Below are positions 18,094 through 34,892 of a stretch of DNA of 64,000 nucleotides, piece by piece (positions within the stretch are counted from its first letter, which is position 1; the number at the start of each line of letters is the position of its first letter). A program made the position numbers and the translations under genes. The notes under the pieces were generated by a model. The model searched no databases. It was not told the origin of the DNA and saw only the letters and a list, made by a program, of their open reading frames with translations. Source of the DNA: the human T2T-CHM13v2.0 reference genome, Homo sapiens; NCBI RefSeq assembly GCF_009914755.1, contig NC_060925.1. One strand, 5' to 3'.

Positions 18094-19510
18094 CACATGC
18101 AGAGTAAAAACGCATATAAAATGCTTTCAACCTGTCTTACCAGTTTTTTTCCCTACCATTCCTCAACCTCATTCACATACCTTCTCATTTGTTATTTGCC
18201 ATCTCCTGAGCACTCCATGAACTTTTTGTTCATACCGTTCTCTTTGCTTAACTGCTCCTGCTCCCCTTCTATGCCTCGTAAAACCCTCCTAATCACTTCA
18301 AGGCTTGGCTCAGGTGTCACCTCCTCTGTGAAGTTCTACCCTGTCAGGATTTATTCATCCTTCCTTCTTGTTCTCATGATACGTTGTTGCTGGTTTAGCA
18401 AACCACAGGTGATATTATCTTACACAAACAACAAGTTGTTCTGTGGCAGGCAGAAGACTCAGGAGGTGAAGGAGTTTCATTATTTACCTAGAGTTTCCAG
18501 CCCAGGGCTGCTGTTGCCCTAGTGGAGAGTTTTATAAAATGGTTTTGATATGACCTGTGAGTAAAGAAGAAAATGTGTTTGAAACAATTTCTGTGAACAT
18601 GATTTGAACTTTGGGTTATTGTATTTGTTTCTTATCCATTTTAGAGTGAATGTTCAAGCTGTATACCCACCTCTTCCCCTGAGAGTAGAGCCCTGAAGCT
18701 TTATATTCTCAACACCCCCCCCATTCCTTGGCTCTGTCTTCTCAGTGTCAATAGATACCTTCTCTCTTCTTCGCTGTTGCCTGCTTTGGTTACAGATTCC
18801 AGAGCTTTTCCTGACTTTTCTGGTAAATTATTACTCTGAACTTGAGTGTATCCCTTTGAAGATCTCCTGTGCTTGTACCAAACAAATGATTGTGTATATG
18901 CCTTTTGAATTCTTCATATTTGAGTCATGCTCTGTTCTAACACTTGAAGTATTAAAATCTCAAGTATCTATAGTGTAGTCTTTGAAAGTCACTGTCTTTT
19001 GATCAAGTGTTCATGCGGTTGTTAGGGTAATTAATTGGATTGCACTGATAGTGCTAGAATTTATAAAGCAATTACTTCCTTTACTAATGACTACCCACGT
19101 TCTCTTTCTTATTCATAGATGCTCTCTCTTATTGACGTGTACATAAATTGTATCTCAATAGCATTCCGGGATTTTTATACATATACATTTCTCATATAAA
19201 TGTGTCTGTATTCCCTTGCACACACACATTCCATACATACATATGTGTACATACATACGTACTTTTCAGATTATTGAAATCCCCAAAGGACCTCAAGGTT
19301 ATTTGGAATTATTCAGTGTAAGAACAATAACTCTATTTCTTCTCTGAATTTCAGTGGGGGCAAGAGTCCCTAGTGATTATCTATCTTACCCTTAGAGAAA
19401 AAGGAAGAAAAGGGAAAGAAAAAAAAGGACCTTTTGGTTTGACCTGATCTAGATATCTGAGTATTTTTCCTTTGTATTGATGAGCGTGGGAGTGGTTTTG
19501 ATGAGCTTTG

Positions 19511-19512
<2 letters not shown>

Positions 19513-19560
<48 letters not shown>
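19513..19560. repeat. (GT)24 microsatellite
   Basis: Directly visible. Confidence 0.98.
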
Positions 19561-19564
<4 letters not shown>

Positions 19565-20025
19565 ATCATCCCTCAACTGCCTCCTCCAGCCTAGGCCAAG
19601 ACTACTCATGGAGCAGTCCTTTCTAGACAGGTAACTGCTCATCCTGGCTTTCAATTATGACATAGGAAAATTTCCATCAGTGTTTTTCCTAAGCTAATAG
19701 GGACCCACATCTAGCTACTGGCATATTCAACTCTAAGAGCTTTTAGACCAGCTTGAAGACTGTCCAAGAAGGAAAGTCAGTATTGCATTTTCCATGGCTT
19801 CTGGGAATGGCCTAAGGAAAGGATATCTACAAATAATTCCAAATGCTTCCTTTATGGTATCTGTTAATACGTAGCATGTTAATATTAGAATTTTACCTTT
19901 GTCCTTTCTCCTAACCTTCTCATGGACTAGTGAGTAGCATAAAGTCCAGAATTATTAGGGCAACAGTAAGTTAGTAAGAGAAACAAAGGGCTGGAAGGAT
20001 CTGTAAACCAACAATTGTAGAACAA

Positions 20026-21016
<991 letters not shown>

Positions 21017-21568
21017 GGTTGACTGTGAGATGTGTATATAAAATCCAAGAGTACTTTGTAATATTATTATTTAATAGTGATATCAATAAAGTTTAAATCT
21101 TGTTGATCCATCAAATTTTTTAGACTGGTTTCATTATGTAGAGATAGTTATAGAACAAAAAGAAATTGTCATCATATTCTCTTCATCCAGGACAAGTAAC
21201 TAAAAAATTTCAAGTCAATTAAGTTTGCAATTGTTCATGTTTTAAGAACTGCATAGTCTAACTGCCTTAGGGTTTGGAATTTTGATATGAGGAAGCCCTA
21301 ATGCTTTTTACAATCCCATCTTATTAAATTAAGAAGTCTTATGAGATATTGTTTAACTGTGCCCAGCTGACCAACTTCATATAAGGTTTATGAAAGTCAG
21401 CTTAAGAGATAGACCATTAGCAATACAGTTGAATATATCTTCATATTTTTTACTTCATAGGAATGTATCCCTAAATATTTTATAATATTGTCTTACATTT
21501 TTATGATCTATAAATGACATCATATTCTATGTATCCTTTTGCTATGTGCTTTTTAAAATTTCCCATAT

Positions 21569-21919
<351 letters not shown>

Positions 21920-22109
21920 CTATTCATTTATCTTCACATTGATACATATAACAATAATTTATTTTTTACATTGTTGTGTGGTAGCCCAGTGTATGATTAT
22001 ACCAAAATTTATTTCTTTTCTTACTGATGGACATGTAAGTTGTTTCTAGGATGTTGTTGCTTGTTTGCTTTTCTTTTGTTTGCCTTTGATACATAATGTT
22101 GAAATAAAA

Positions 22110-22870
22110 ATCCAAACCACAAAGTGATATTACTTCACACCCACTAGGATGGCTTTAATAAAAAGACGGACAATAACAAATATTGGTGAGGGCATGAAAA
22201 AATTGGAGCCTCATACATTGCTGATGGGATTGTAAAATGGTACAACCACTTTGGTACACAGTCTAGCAGTTCTTCAAAATGTTAAGCATAAGAATTAACA
22301 TTTGACCCATGAGTTCTGCTCCCAGGTATATATTCAAAATAATTAAAAACATATGCCCACATAACAACTTGTACATCATTGTTCACGGCAGCATTATTCA
22401 CAATAACCAAAAGGTGGAAGCAGCCCAAATGTCCATCAACTGATGAACGAATATGCAAAATGTAGTATAGCTATAAAATGAAATATTATTCAGCCATAAA
22501 AAGGAATTGAAGTACTGATATATGCTACAACTTGGATAGACCATGAAAACATTACGCGAAGTGAAAGAAGTCAGACACAATAGGCTACATATTATATGAT
22601 TTCACTTATATGAACTGTCTAGAAAAGACAAATCCACAGAAATAGAAAGTAAATTAATAGTTGCTAAGGGCTTGGGGGAAGGGGTGAGTGGAAAGTGATT
22701 GCTAATGGAACAGGGTTTCTCTTTGGAGAGATGAAAATGTCCTGAAATTGCATAGGATGATGGTTGCACAATTCTATGAATGTATTAAAAACCATTGAAT
22801 TGTACACTTTCAGAAGGTGAATTTTATGGTATGTTGATTACATCTCAATGAAGATGTTATAAAAGACAAT
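22110..22870 (+). mobile_element. L1MB-like 3' end
   Basis: CACACCCACTAGGATGGCT...CAAATGTCCATCAACTGATGAA...CCATTGAATTGTACACTTT...CTCAATGAAG. Confidence 0.85.
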
Positions 22871-23992
22871 TAAAAAATTTATAGTGCTACTGTGAGCATT
22901 CTTGTACATGGTTTCATGTGTAAATGTGTTAGAATTTTCCTAGGGTTTATGTGAAAGATTAAACATTTGTGCATCTTCACTGGGTAAGTGATGTTCAAAG
23001 TGACTGGCTATGCCAGTGTACACTTCCTCCAACTGTGTAGGAAAGCTCTACATTTCCACTTACAATTGCTGTTGTCATATTTTTATATCACTAATTTCTC
23101 AGATTAAAACTGATAATAATTCTTTAATTGATTATTCTCAAACAATGCCAAGAGTGTGATGCTATTTGCAAATGGCTCTTGATTATTGCTGCTTGGATTT
23201 CCTGGTGATGAGCTGCAAAATATCAAGGCCCAAGTGATGTATTGGTTTATATTTGGGGTTTGTGCATGACCAACTTCATATAAGGTTTATGAAAATCAGG
23301 GAAAGATTGGGCAGATCTGTTACAGAAAATCTTCCTTAGCATCTCAGAAAATTACATCTGAACAATTTATGCTTAGACTGTTCAGTTTGCATATTATTTA
23401 GACTGTTTACATCTTTTACCATCCCTCTCAGTAGTTTCTTCTTCATGCAGCAGTTCTTTTTTCCCAGTGGCTTCTTCTTAGTTGAGGAAGTGTTGTGTTC
23501 TGTACTAGATGTTTTAAAAAGAAATATCTAAATTCAACTTCAGATTCAACATCTGGAAAAAAGAAGCTCATTCAAATAGCACCAGCAAACACCATAAAAA
23601 TCTTGACATAAACTCATTACTAAAATAAAAACATTCATTTTAGTTGTTTCTCGAGTTTTTTAGGGTATTAAAATCTATTGGAAATTGTCCTAGAGTCTTT
23701 GGGGGCTGAGATCAGTATAGAATAATACAGCTGGAAGCTACCCTAGTGATCATAGAGCTCAACCCTCTCATTTTTACAGATCAAAAAACCTGAGGTTCAG
23801 GAAGGTGAAGTGAGTTGTGCAAGGGCTCACAGCTAAATCTATTTCAATCATACAATAACTGTCACATTTTCCTTTGTCATATTATTATGGATTAAATGTT
23901 TAGTCCAAGAGGGTTTTTTTGTGTTTTTGTGTTTTGTTTTGTTTTGCTTTTTTAGTAAGGATTTTATTCAAAAGGTTTACTGCAAGGGATGA

Positions 23993-24354
<362 letters not shown>

Positions 24355-24395
24355 ACTCAAGAGCTATTTTTCTATAGTAAAAAATACATGGCTAA

Positions 24396-24745
<350 letters not shown>

Positions 24746-26313
24746 TGGGTTTCTGTGTATTTAATATGTTCTGTTGACTTTCTTTGACATTTGGCAAATT
24801 TAAGGCACTAAATAATAGTGAAAGAGCTGAAGTACTATTGTATTTAACACTTTGACAGAGGTTTTGTTGTTTTTTTTTTCTCCCGTGGGTAGTATATTTA
24901 TCCTACTGTTGTTTGATTTTTATAATATGCTAGTCTTCATGAAGGCCATTTTCATGAGAATATATTTAGGTATATTTTCGCCTAAGGACTTTGCCAAACT
25001 GCAATTAAAATAATGGAATTACACAACTTTTCATGGCATCCTATTCTTTTACAGAGAGGAATGGAGAAGTGAAATAAAAATAAGTTAGGTGATAAGAACA
25101 TTTTAGAAGAGCTTTTGTTCATTGCTAGTCCTAACTTAGTCTAGTGACTAAGAAGATGCAACTATTGATGTTCATATTTGCATGCAGTTATTGATTTTGT
25201 GTCAGAAAGCCTTCTGGTACTTGCTGTGGTCTTTCCAATGCTGTTAAGCTGGAAGAATGACTTTGCTCTTGGCCTTTACTATAGCCTTTGAAAACAAAGT
25301 ATTAACATTATTTTAAGCCTTTGAGTTTTTGCCATTCAGCCTTAAATTGGCATACTCTGTCAACAACGTCAGTGTGGCATATTAACAAGACTAACTGCTC
25401 CAGAAAATAGGCTGGGCTACTACCAGTTATGTAGAAGGTTTCATTGAGTTCTAAAATTTCAGAGCAAGAAAGGTGAAACTTAGTCTCAAAAAGATATGGG
25501 GATCATCTCTGCTTAGTCTTAATTAAGTGAAGACTTTGGCACCCTGAAAGCCTAAGGAGTGAGGTCTCTGTTGGTATACTGCTATTTCAGGTTCATTTGA
25601 ATTAATCTCTGAGGTTGTTAACTAGATAGCTGTAACTCCAAAAAGACAACTTAAATGTGCCGGCTAGCTATTTGGCTACTCCTTAAACTTGGCTTCATTT
25701 TAATGTTTCGATGGTACAAGATTTTTTTTTTTCCTGATTCCGGTAAGGTAGAAAAGGATTATTTAATGATTTATTAAAAGGCCAGTCATTAGACTGTTCA
25801 AAAACAAACTCCCTATTTGATCCGTTTCTGCCTATCCCTTCAGATTTGACTGTTGTGATCTTCTAGGTCACATTCTACTGGGTGAGAAGGCAGTTTTCTA
25901 TAATAGATGCACTAGAAGTTTAATCTAGTGTCGTAGGGTAATTCTGAATAGCAGATTTGGGAAGATAGGAGTGTTGTCACTTTACCTTTAAAGCAAGTCT
26001 TTGAATTGCCCTGTGTCACACAGTAAGAATATATGCAAATTAGTTGTGGGATTAACACATAGTTATGGGATAGACTAGCCATTGTTTAAAAGCAGAATAA
26101 TTCTAAGGTAAATGAAATTTCAGAAAAAAAATTATATAAATTTAATTTGAATCAATACAAAATAGTTTTTCAAACCATCATTTGGAATATAATAGGTATA
26201 CATTTAAGAATGTAATGGGAAAGAGGATCCTGTTCATAGAAGCAGCAAAAAAAAAAAAAAAGAGAAAAAATCACAAAATCCTTAGGAATAATTGCCCAGG
26301 AAGAAATATATAA

Positions 26314-26632
<319 letters not shown>

Positions 26633-27488
26633 TATAAAACTTGTAGGAAGAAAATATAATACTTTATTATAAAGAACATGAAAGAAGGCCTAAATAAGTG
26701 GAGCTACTGATAGAAATAGTATTGTATCATCTCTCTTTCTTAATATTGATCTAGTAGTACTACAATAGTAACTACCTCATAGAATTGTTAGAATTAATAT
26801 ATGAAAGATCTTAAAACAGTTTCTGACACTTAGTAGGCTCCATAGTGTTTGCTATTATTGTTTTTATTATAAAATCCATGTAACTCTAGTCAAAATTTCC
26901 ATGGAAAAATTTGGCAAGCTCATCCTGAATTTCATCTGAAAGAATTAATATGCAGAAATAGTCAAGTAAATCCCTCAAAATTCAATGAGGTGAGTCTTGA
27001 CCTACCAGATGTCAAAATATAGTTAAGTAATTAAAATGCTATAGTATTGATAGAGGAATAGATAAACAGATAAATGAAAGAAATAGAGACTCCAGAAACA
27101 GACTCAATTACAGATAGGAATTTAATTTTGATAATGGTGACATTTCAAATTAATGGGGTAAAAATTGTGTTAGGAAAGTTGGCTCTCTACTTGGGGAAAA
27201 AAATTATACCCCCTAACTCTCACCATCTGAAAAGTAAGTTCCAAGGAATCAAATAGTTAATATAATTTTTAGAAGGAAATATAGGTGAATATTTTTATAA
27301 CTAGGAAGCAAGGAAGAGGTGGGAGGGAGAAGACTTCCTGAGTAAAATGAAACTCAGAACTTTTCTATGACAAAAAACATCCTAAAAAAAGTTGAAAAAC
27401 AAATGACAGACCAGGAAAAAGATTTTGTGATCAAGGATTAATATCCAGAGTAATGAACTCTTTATATAAACAATTTAAAAAATTTAAC

Positions 27489-27746
<258 letters not shown>

Positions 27747-27783
27747 TTAAGTAATAAACATATGAGATAATATCCACATGGAA

Positions 27784-28320
<537 letters not shown>

Positions 28321-28619
28321 TCAACAAATGGTACAGGGGGCAGCTGGATAACATGCAAAAGAATGAAGTTGGAGTCTTACCTCACACCATACAAAAGTTA
28401 AAATAGATCAAAGACCTAAATGTAAAAGCTAAAGCTATAAATCTCTTAGATGAAAACATAGCAGTAATGTTTTCCATGACCTCGGATTGATTAATTGATT
28501 GAATTTAATGATGAGCTATCAAATTGGATCCATGACCTCGGATTTAGCAAAAGGTTCTTAGATATGTCACCATAGCATGAGCAACAAAAGAAAAAATAAT
28601 TTGAATTCATAAAAATTAA

Positions 28620-28922
<303 letters not shown>

Positions 28923-28956
28923 TAAAAGCTTAAAATACTTGACACTATCGAGAAAG

Positions 28957-29200
28957 CAGGTAGATCACTTGAGTCCTGGAGTTCAAGACCAGCTTGGGGC
29001 ACTATAGCAGGACAACATCTCTACAAACAATTTGAAAAATTAGCCAGGCATAGTGGCACACACCTGTAGTCCCAGCTGCTGGAGAGGTTCAGGTGGGAGG
29101 ATCATTTGGACCTGGAAGCATCGCTTGCAGTGAGCTGAGATCGTGCCACCGCACTGCAGGCTGGGTAACAGAGTAAGACCTTGTCCCCCAAAAAAAGAAA
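28957..29200 (+). mobile_element. AluJ, 5'-truncated
   Basis: Alu body from GATCACTTGAG to the A tail. Confidence 0.88.
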
Positions 29201-29686
29201 GTGATAAGACAACCCACAGAGTGAGAGATATTTGCAAATTATATATCTTGTAAGTGACTTGTATCTAGAATATATAAAGAACTTTAATAATAAATAAATA
29301 ACTTAATAATAAGAAAAAATATCTCAATTAAAAAATGGACAAATAATCTAAATAGACATGCCTCTAAGGAAGATACACAAATGACCAATAAGCACCTGAA
29401 AAGATATTCAACATCAATTGTCATCAGGGAAATGCAATGAAAACCGTAATGAGATACCACTTTGTACCCACTAGGATGACTAGAACCAAAAAGTCAAATA
29501 ATGACAAGTATTGGTGAGGGTGTGGTGAAATTGGAGCTCTCATATACTGCTGGTAAAAATGTAAGATGGGGCAGCCGCTGAAAAACAGTCTGGCAGTTCC
29601 TCAAACAATTAAGCATAGAGTTACCATATGATCCAGCAATTCTACTCCCATAAATGAAAACATATGTCCATACCAGCAATTCTACT

Positions 29687-30219
29687 CAGGTGTATTGAAG
29701 ATAAATGAATTATCTTCAGGTGTACTGAAGATAAATGAATTATCTTCAGGTGTACTGAAGATAAATGAATTATCTTCAGGTGTACTGAAGATAAATGAAT
29801 TATCTTCAGGTGTACTGAAGATAAATGAATTATCTTCAGGTGTACTGAAGATAAATGAATTATCTTCAGGTGTACTGAAGATAAATGAATTATCTTCAGG
29901 TGTACTGAAGATAAATGAATTATCTTCAGGTGTACTGAAGATAAATGAATTATCTTCAGGTGTACTGAAGATAAATGAATTATCTTCAGGTGTACTGAAG
30001 ATAAATGAATTATCTTCAGGTGTACTGAAGATAAATGAATTATCTTCAGGTGTACTGAAGATAAATGAATTATCTTCAGGTGTACTGAAGATAAATGAAT
30101 TATCTTCAGGTGTACTGAAGATAAATGAATTATCTTCAGGTGTACTGAAGATAAATGAATTATCTTCAGGTGTACTGAAGATAAATGAATTATCTTCAGG
30201 TGTACTGAAGATAAATGAA
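29687..30219. repeat. 30-bp minisatellite, about 17.8 copies, unit CAGGTGTACTGAAGATAAATGAATTATCTT
   Basis: Directly visible; all units identical except one C>T in the first; no spacers. Confidence 0.99.
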
Positions 30220-30563
30220 AACATGTGTCCATACAACACTTACACAAAAATGTTAATGGCAGCATTATTCATAATAACCAAAGGTGGACACAACCCAAAT
30301 GTTCATCAGCTTATGGATAATCAAAATGTGTATCCATACAATGGAATATTATTTAGCCATAAAAAGGAATGAAATACTGATTCATGCTACAGTTTGGATG
30401 AGCCTTGAAAACAGATGCTAAGAGAAGTCAGTCACAGAAGTCTACGTATTATATGATTCTATTTATTTGAAAGTCCAGAATAGGGAAATCTCTGGAGTGG
30501 GAAAGTAGGTTGGTGGTTGCTTAGGGATAGGAGGAGGGAGGGTAAGAGGTTGAGGAGCAATAG

Positions 30564-30893
<330 letters not shown>

Positions 30894-31004
30894 CAGGGCT
30901 TCTTTTTGAGATGATGGAAATTTTCTAAAATTGACTGTGGTGATGGTTTCACTTATCTATGACTATAATTTTTAAAAAAAGTACCTTTGAAATTATATAC
31001 TTTT

Positions 31005-31312
31005 AAATTTAATTAATTTATTTTTCCAAAGACAGGATCTCTCTCTATTGCCCAGGCTGGAGTGCACTGGTGCGATCTCAACTCACTGCAACCTGCATCT
31101 TTTGGGTTAAAGGGATTCTCGTGCCTCAGCCTCCTCAGGGGCTGGGACTACAGGCACACACCACCAAGCCTGGCCAATTTTTTTGTATTTTTAGTAGAGA
31201 CAGGGTTTTGCCATGTTGGCCAGGGTGGTCTCAAACTCCTGACCTCAAGTGATCTACCTACCTTGATCTCCCAAAGCGCTGGGATTACAAGAGTGAGCCA
31301 CTGTGTCCAGCC
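31005..31312 (-). mobile_element. AluS
   Basis: TSD TGAAATTATATACTTT. Confidence 0.93.
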
Positions 31313-31841
31313 TGAAATTATATACTTTAAATGGACCAATTGTATGGTATGTGAATTATATCTCAGTATAGCTGTTTTAACATTAAAAAAAATTTAAAAC
31401 ACATGAGAAACTTCTCAGATTTCATTGTTAATTAGCAAAACGCAAATCGAAACAGTGTTTTTTTTTTTCAGTTCTTTAACAGAAATTTAAAAATTAGTTC
31501 TTTTTTTTTTCCTTGAACCAAAAGAATTAGTTCTTTCAAGCATGGATATTGATATGGAATTGGGGAAATGGGTGCACTTAACTGTCTTGTAAATGGGCAA
31601 AGCCTTTTCAGAAGGCAGTTTGGCAGAATTTATAAAAATATATGCAGATCATTTGGCTCCTAAGTTTTATTTCTTTCCTTATTCTAGCATATGTACAGAA
31701 AGATGTATGTACAAAAATGTTCTTTTATTCCTTGTTTATAGTAAAAAATTAAGGAAAAACCTAAATTTATATAAATGGGGGAATGGTTAGATATTCACAG
31801 TATGGAAATCTTTTGCTGCTATGAACAAAAGAAGTAGACCC

Positions 31842-31985
31842 AGGTCTGGGCATGATGGCTCACTCCTGTAATCCCAACACTTTGGGAGGCCAAGGCAGGA
31901 GGATTGCTTAAGGCCAGGAGTTTGAGACCAGTCTGGGAAACATAGCAAGACCCTGTCTCTAAAAAATAAATAAATAAATAAAAAA
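31842..31985 (+). mobile_element. FLAM-C (free left Alu monomer)
   Basis: Monomer with (TAAA)n tail; TSD ACAAAAGARGTAGACC. Confidence 0.88.
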
Positions 31986-32121
31986 CAAAAGAGGTAGACC
32001 TACATAAACCTGTACTAACACTATGCAAGAACATTCTATAAGAATATTGTAAGTAGAAAGAAAAACTCACTGAAGTACATATAATATGTCCCCATTTACG
32101 CTTTTAAAAATTCTGGAAGAT

Positions 32122-32388
32122 GGCCGGGTGTGGTGGCTCACGCCTGTAATCCCACCACTTTGGGAGGCTGAGGCAGGCAGATCACGAGGTCAGGAGATCG
32201 AGACCATCCTGGCTAACATGGCGAAACCCCATCTCTACTAAAAATACAAAAAATTAGCCGGGCATGGTGGCAGTGAGATCGCACCACTGCTGAGATCGCG
32301 CCAGCCAAGATCGCAGCTGAGATCATACCACTGCGCTCCAGTCTGGGCGACACAGCGAGACTCCATCTCAAAAAAAGAAAAAAAAAAT
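32122..32388 (+). mobile_element. AluY/Sc with rearranged right arm
   Basis: TSD AAAAATTCTGRAAGAT. Confidence 0.92.
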
Positions 32389-32537
32389 TCTGAAAGATAT
32401 ATGAAAAGTACATGTAAGCACATAAGTATCTGGACAGTATTTTAGCAGGATATATTGTAGTTAGATTTTAATTTTTTTTCTCTTAACAATAAAAATATAC
32501 TCTGTGTTACTAGATTACTTTAAGAAAATCAATTTGG

Positions 32538-32890
<353 letters not shown>

Positions 32891-32905
32891 AAGAAAATCA
32901 ATTTG

Positions 32906-33202
32906 GGCTGGACCTGGTGGCTTACGCCTACAATCCCAGCACTTTGGGAGACTGGGCAGATCACCTGAGGTCAGGAATTCAAGACCAGCCTGGCCAACAT
33001 GGTGAAACCCTGTCTCTACTAAAAATACAAAAATTAGCTGGATGTGGTAGTGGGCGCTGTAATCCCAGCTACTTGGGAGGCTGAGGCATGAGAATTGCTT
33101 AGACCTGGGAGGCAGAGGTTGTATTGAGTTGAGATGATGCCACTGCGCTCCAGCCTGGGCAACAAAGTGAGACTCTCTCAAAAAAAAAAAAAAAAAAAAA
33201 GA
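32906..33202 (+). mobile_element. AluS
   Basis: Full Alu directly after the previous one. Confidence 0.93.
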
Positions 33203-34294
33203 AAGAAAATCAATTTGAAGAAAAAAGCTATAGTATACCTGATATTGGATGGAGCTTTGGTTTGGAAGTTAGGAACCCACAGCATTAGTTCTGCTATTGT
33301 CATAGACTTAAGCCCTCTCAAGTTGTTCAGGTTTCATTTGTCTCACATAACTCGGTGTTAGGAAGCAGTATTAGGACCATGTTGTTCCCCATTGTCACTT
33401 CCTGAGCATTATTTCTTATACTGTCTTATAAAAATAAAATACCGCCGCTCCCTTGATTCTCATGCCACCTTTTAACTCCCTCATTCATCAAAGACTTAGC
33501 TCACAACTTACTCTCCATCTCATTTTGCTATCAAATCATCCAACATTCACTTGGGTGACTGTTCCTGAAAATGTTTCTCATTTTGGGTGATTTTTCCCTC
33601 CACCTTGCTCTGTCACCCATTTCCACAGTTATACCCACGACACAAATGTCACCTATATCTGCTCCTCCTCTAATGCATCTGGCTTTTTGGCCATAATGTG
33701 GAATTGCTAGTTCAATCACTGCTATTATAACCAGTTCTAATTGGGACTTCCAATTCTTTTTCCCATTTACTTCTTTATAATTCATCAGCTTTCCTTCTTC
33801 TCTTGCTTAGATTCTGTTTACTTTAATAACACTTTCCCTAAACCCTAAACTCGTTACCTCTCTGAAATTTTTGAACTTATCTGGCAACGTCCTAACTGGA
33901 TGAACCTAACTCTGATTTCTCTGTGGTTACACCTAAGTGGATGAAAATCACCAAATAGTATACGTTTTTATCACTTTACATTCATGGTCCCCAAATTCAA
34001 ATAGATCCTTTCCATTGTCTGGAAACCCAGTCGTATGTCCCTGGCCAACTCACTCATTTCTCTGGAATGATCATTTCATACTTCTGTATGCTCCTCACCC
34101 TTCTGAGCATTCTACTTCCTCCCTTTTTCTGAACAGTCGATACCACCTCCTACTGCTTTGCTTCCTACTCCACAACCACTCTGATCTGGCTTTTGTGTTT
34201 ATCACTGCACCAAAAAAACCCTTTTAACAAGTGCTTTAACATGAGACTTGTGAAAGTCTCTAGTGCCCTGTAGGTTGTTACATTTAGAGTTGGT

Positions 34295-34590
34295 ATAATA
34301 AAATGGTTCAGAATTATGCTCTGGAGCCAGACTGATTGGATTTGAATGCTGGCTCCTTAATTTTTAGCCATGTGACCTTGGGCATGTTACTTAATCTTCT
34401 AAAAATGATGATGATGATAATAATAGTAATATTTATCTTATTAGCTTGCCAGGAGGATTTAATGAATATTAATTCACTGACATTCATTATGTGGGGCAGT
34501 GTTTAATGAATATTAATTCATTAATATTCAATATATGGGGCAGTGTTTCACCCATGTATAGTAAGCCCTTAATAAATGTTAACTGATATT
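34295..34590 (+). mobile_element. MIR
   Basis: GCTCTGGAGCCAGACTG...TGTGACCTTGGGCATGTTACTTAATCT core. Confidence 0.75.
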
Positions 34591-34684
34591 ATTGCTCCTA
34601 CCACTACCTCTGTTACTACTGTGATTACTACTACTTCACAGATAAAACAGAGAAATTAGATGGGAATTTCTTATTTGTTATTAC

Positions 34685-34892
34685 TTTTTTGAGACAAAGT
34701 CCCTCTTTGTCACTCAGACTGAAGTGCAGTGTCGCACTGCAAGGCTTGGCTCACTGCAAGCAATGCCTTTGGGGCTCAAGTGATCCTCCCACCTCAGCCT
34801 CCCAAGTAGCTGGGACTATAGGTGCGTGCCATCATGCGTGGCTAATTTTTGTATTTTTTGTAGAGATGGGGTTTCACCATGTTGCCCAGGCT
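34685..34892 (-). mobile_element. AluJ, partial
   Basis: Right arm and linker. Confidence 0.87.

Noticed and set aside
17887-18522. 211-aa ORF
   Set aside because: TTG start, runs across MER5-like and L2-like relics, and has no recognisable domain.
29687-30219. CRISPR-like array (30-bp palindromic repeats)
   Set aside because: Units are directly adjacent with no variable spacers, there are no cas genes, and the context is a primate intron. It is a minisatellite.
29642-30372. 185-225 aa repetitive ORFs (KINELSSGVL, IIHLSSVHLK, FIFSTPEDNS)
   Set aside because: They follow from a 30-bp unit lacking stops in some frames; there is no promoter, splice or homology support.
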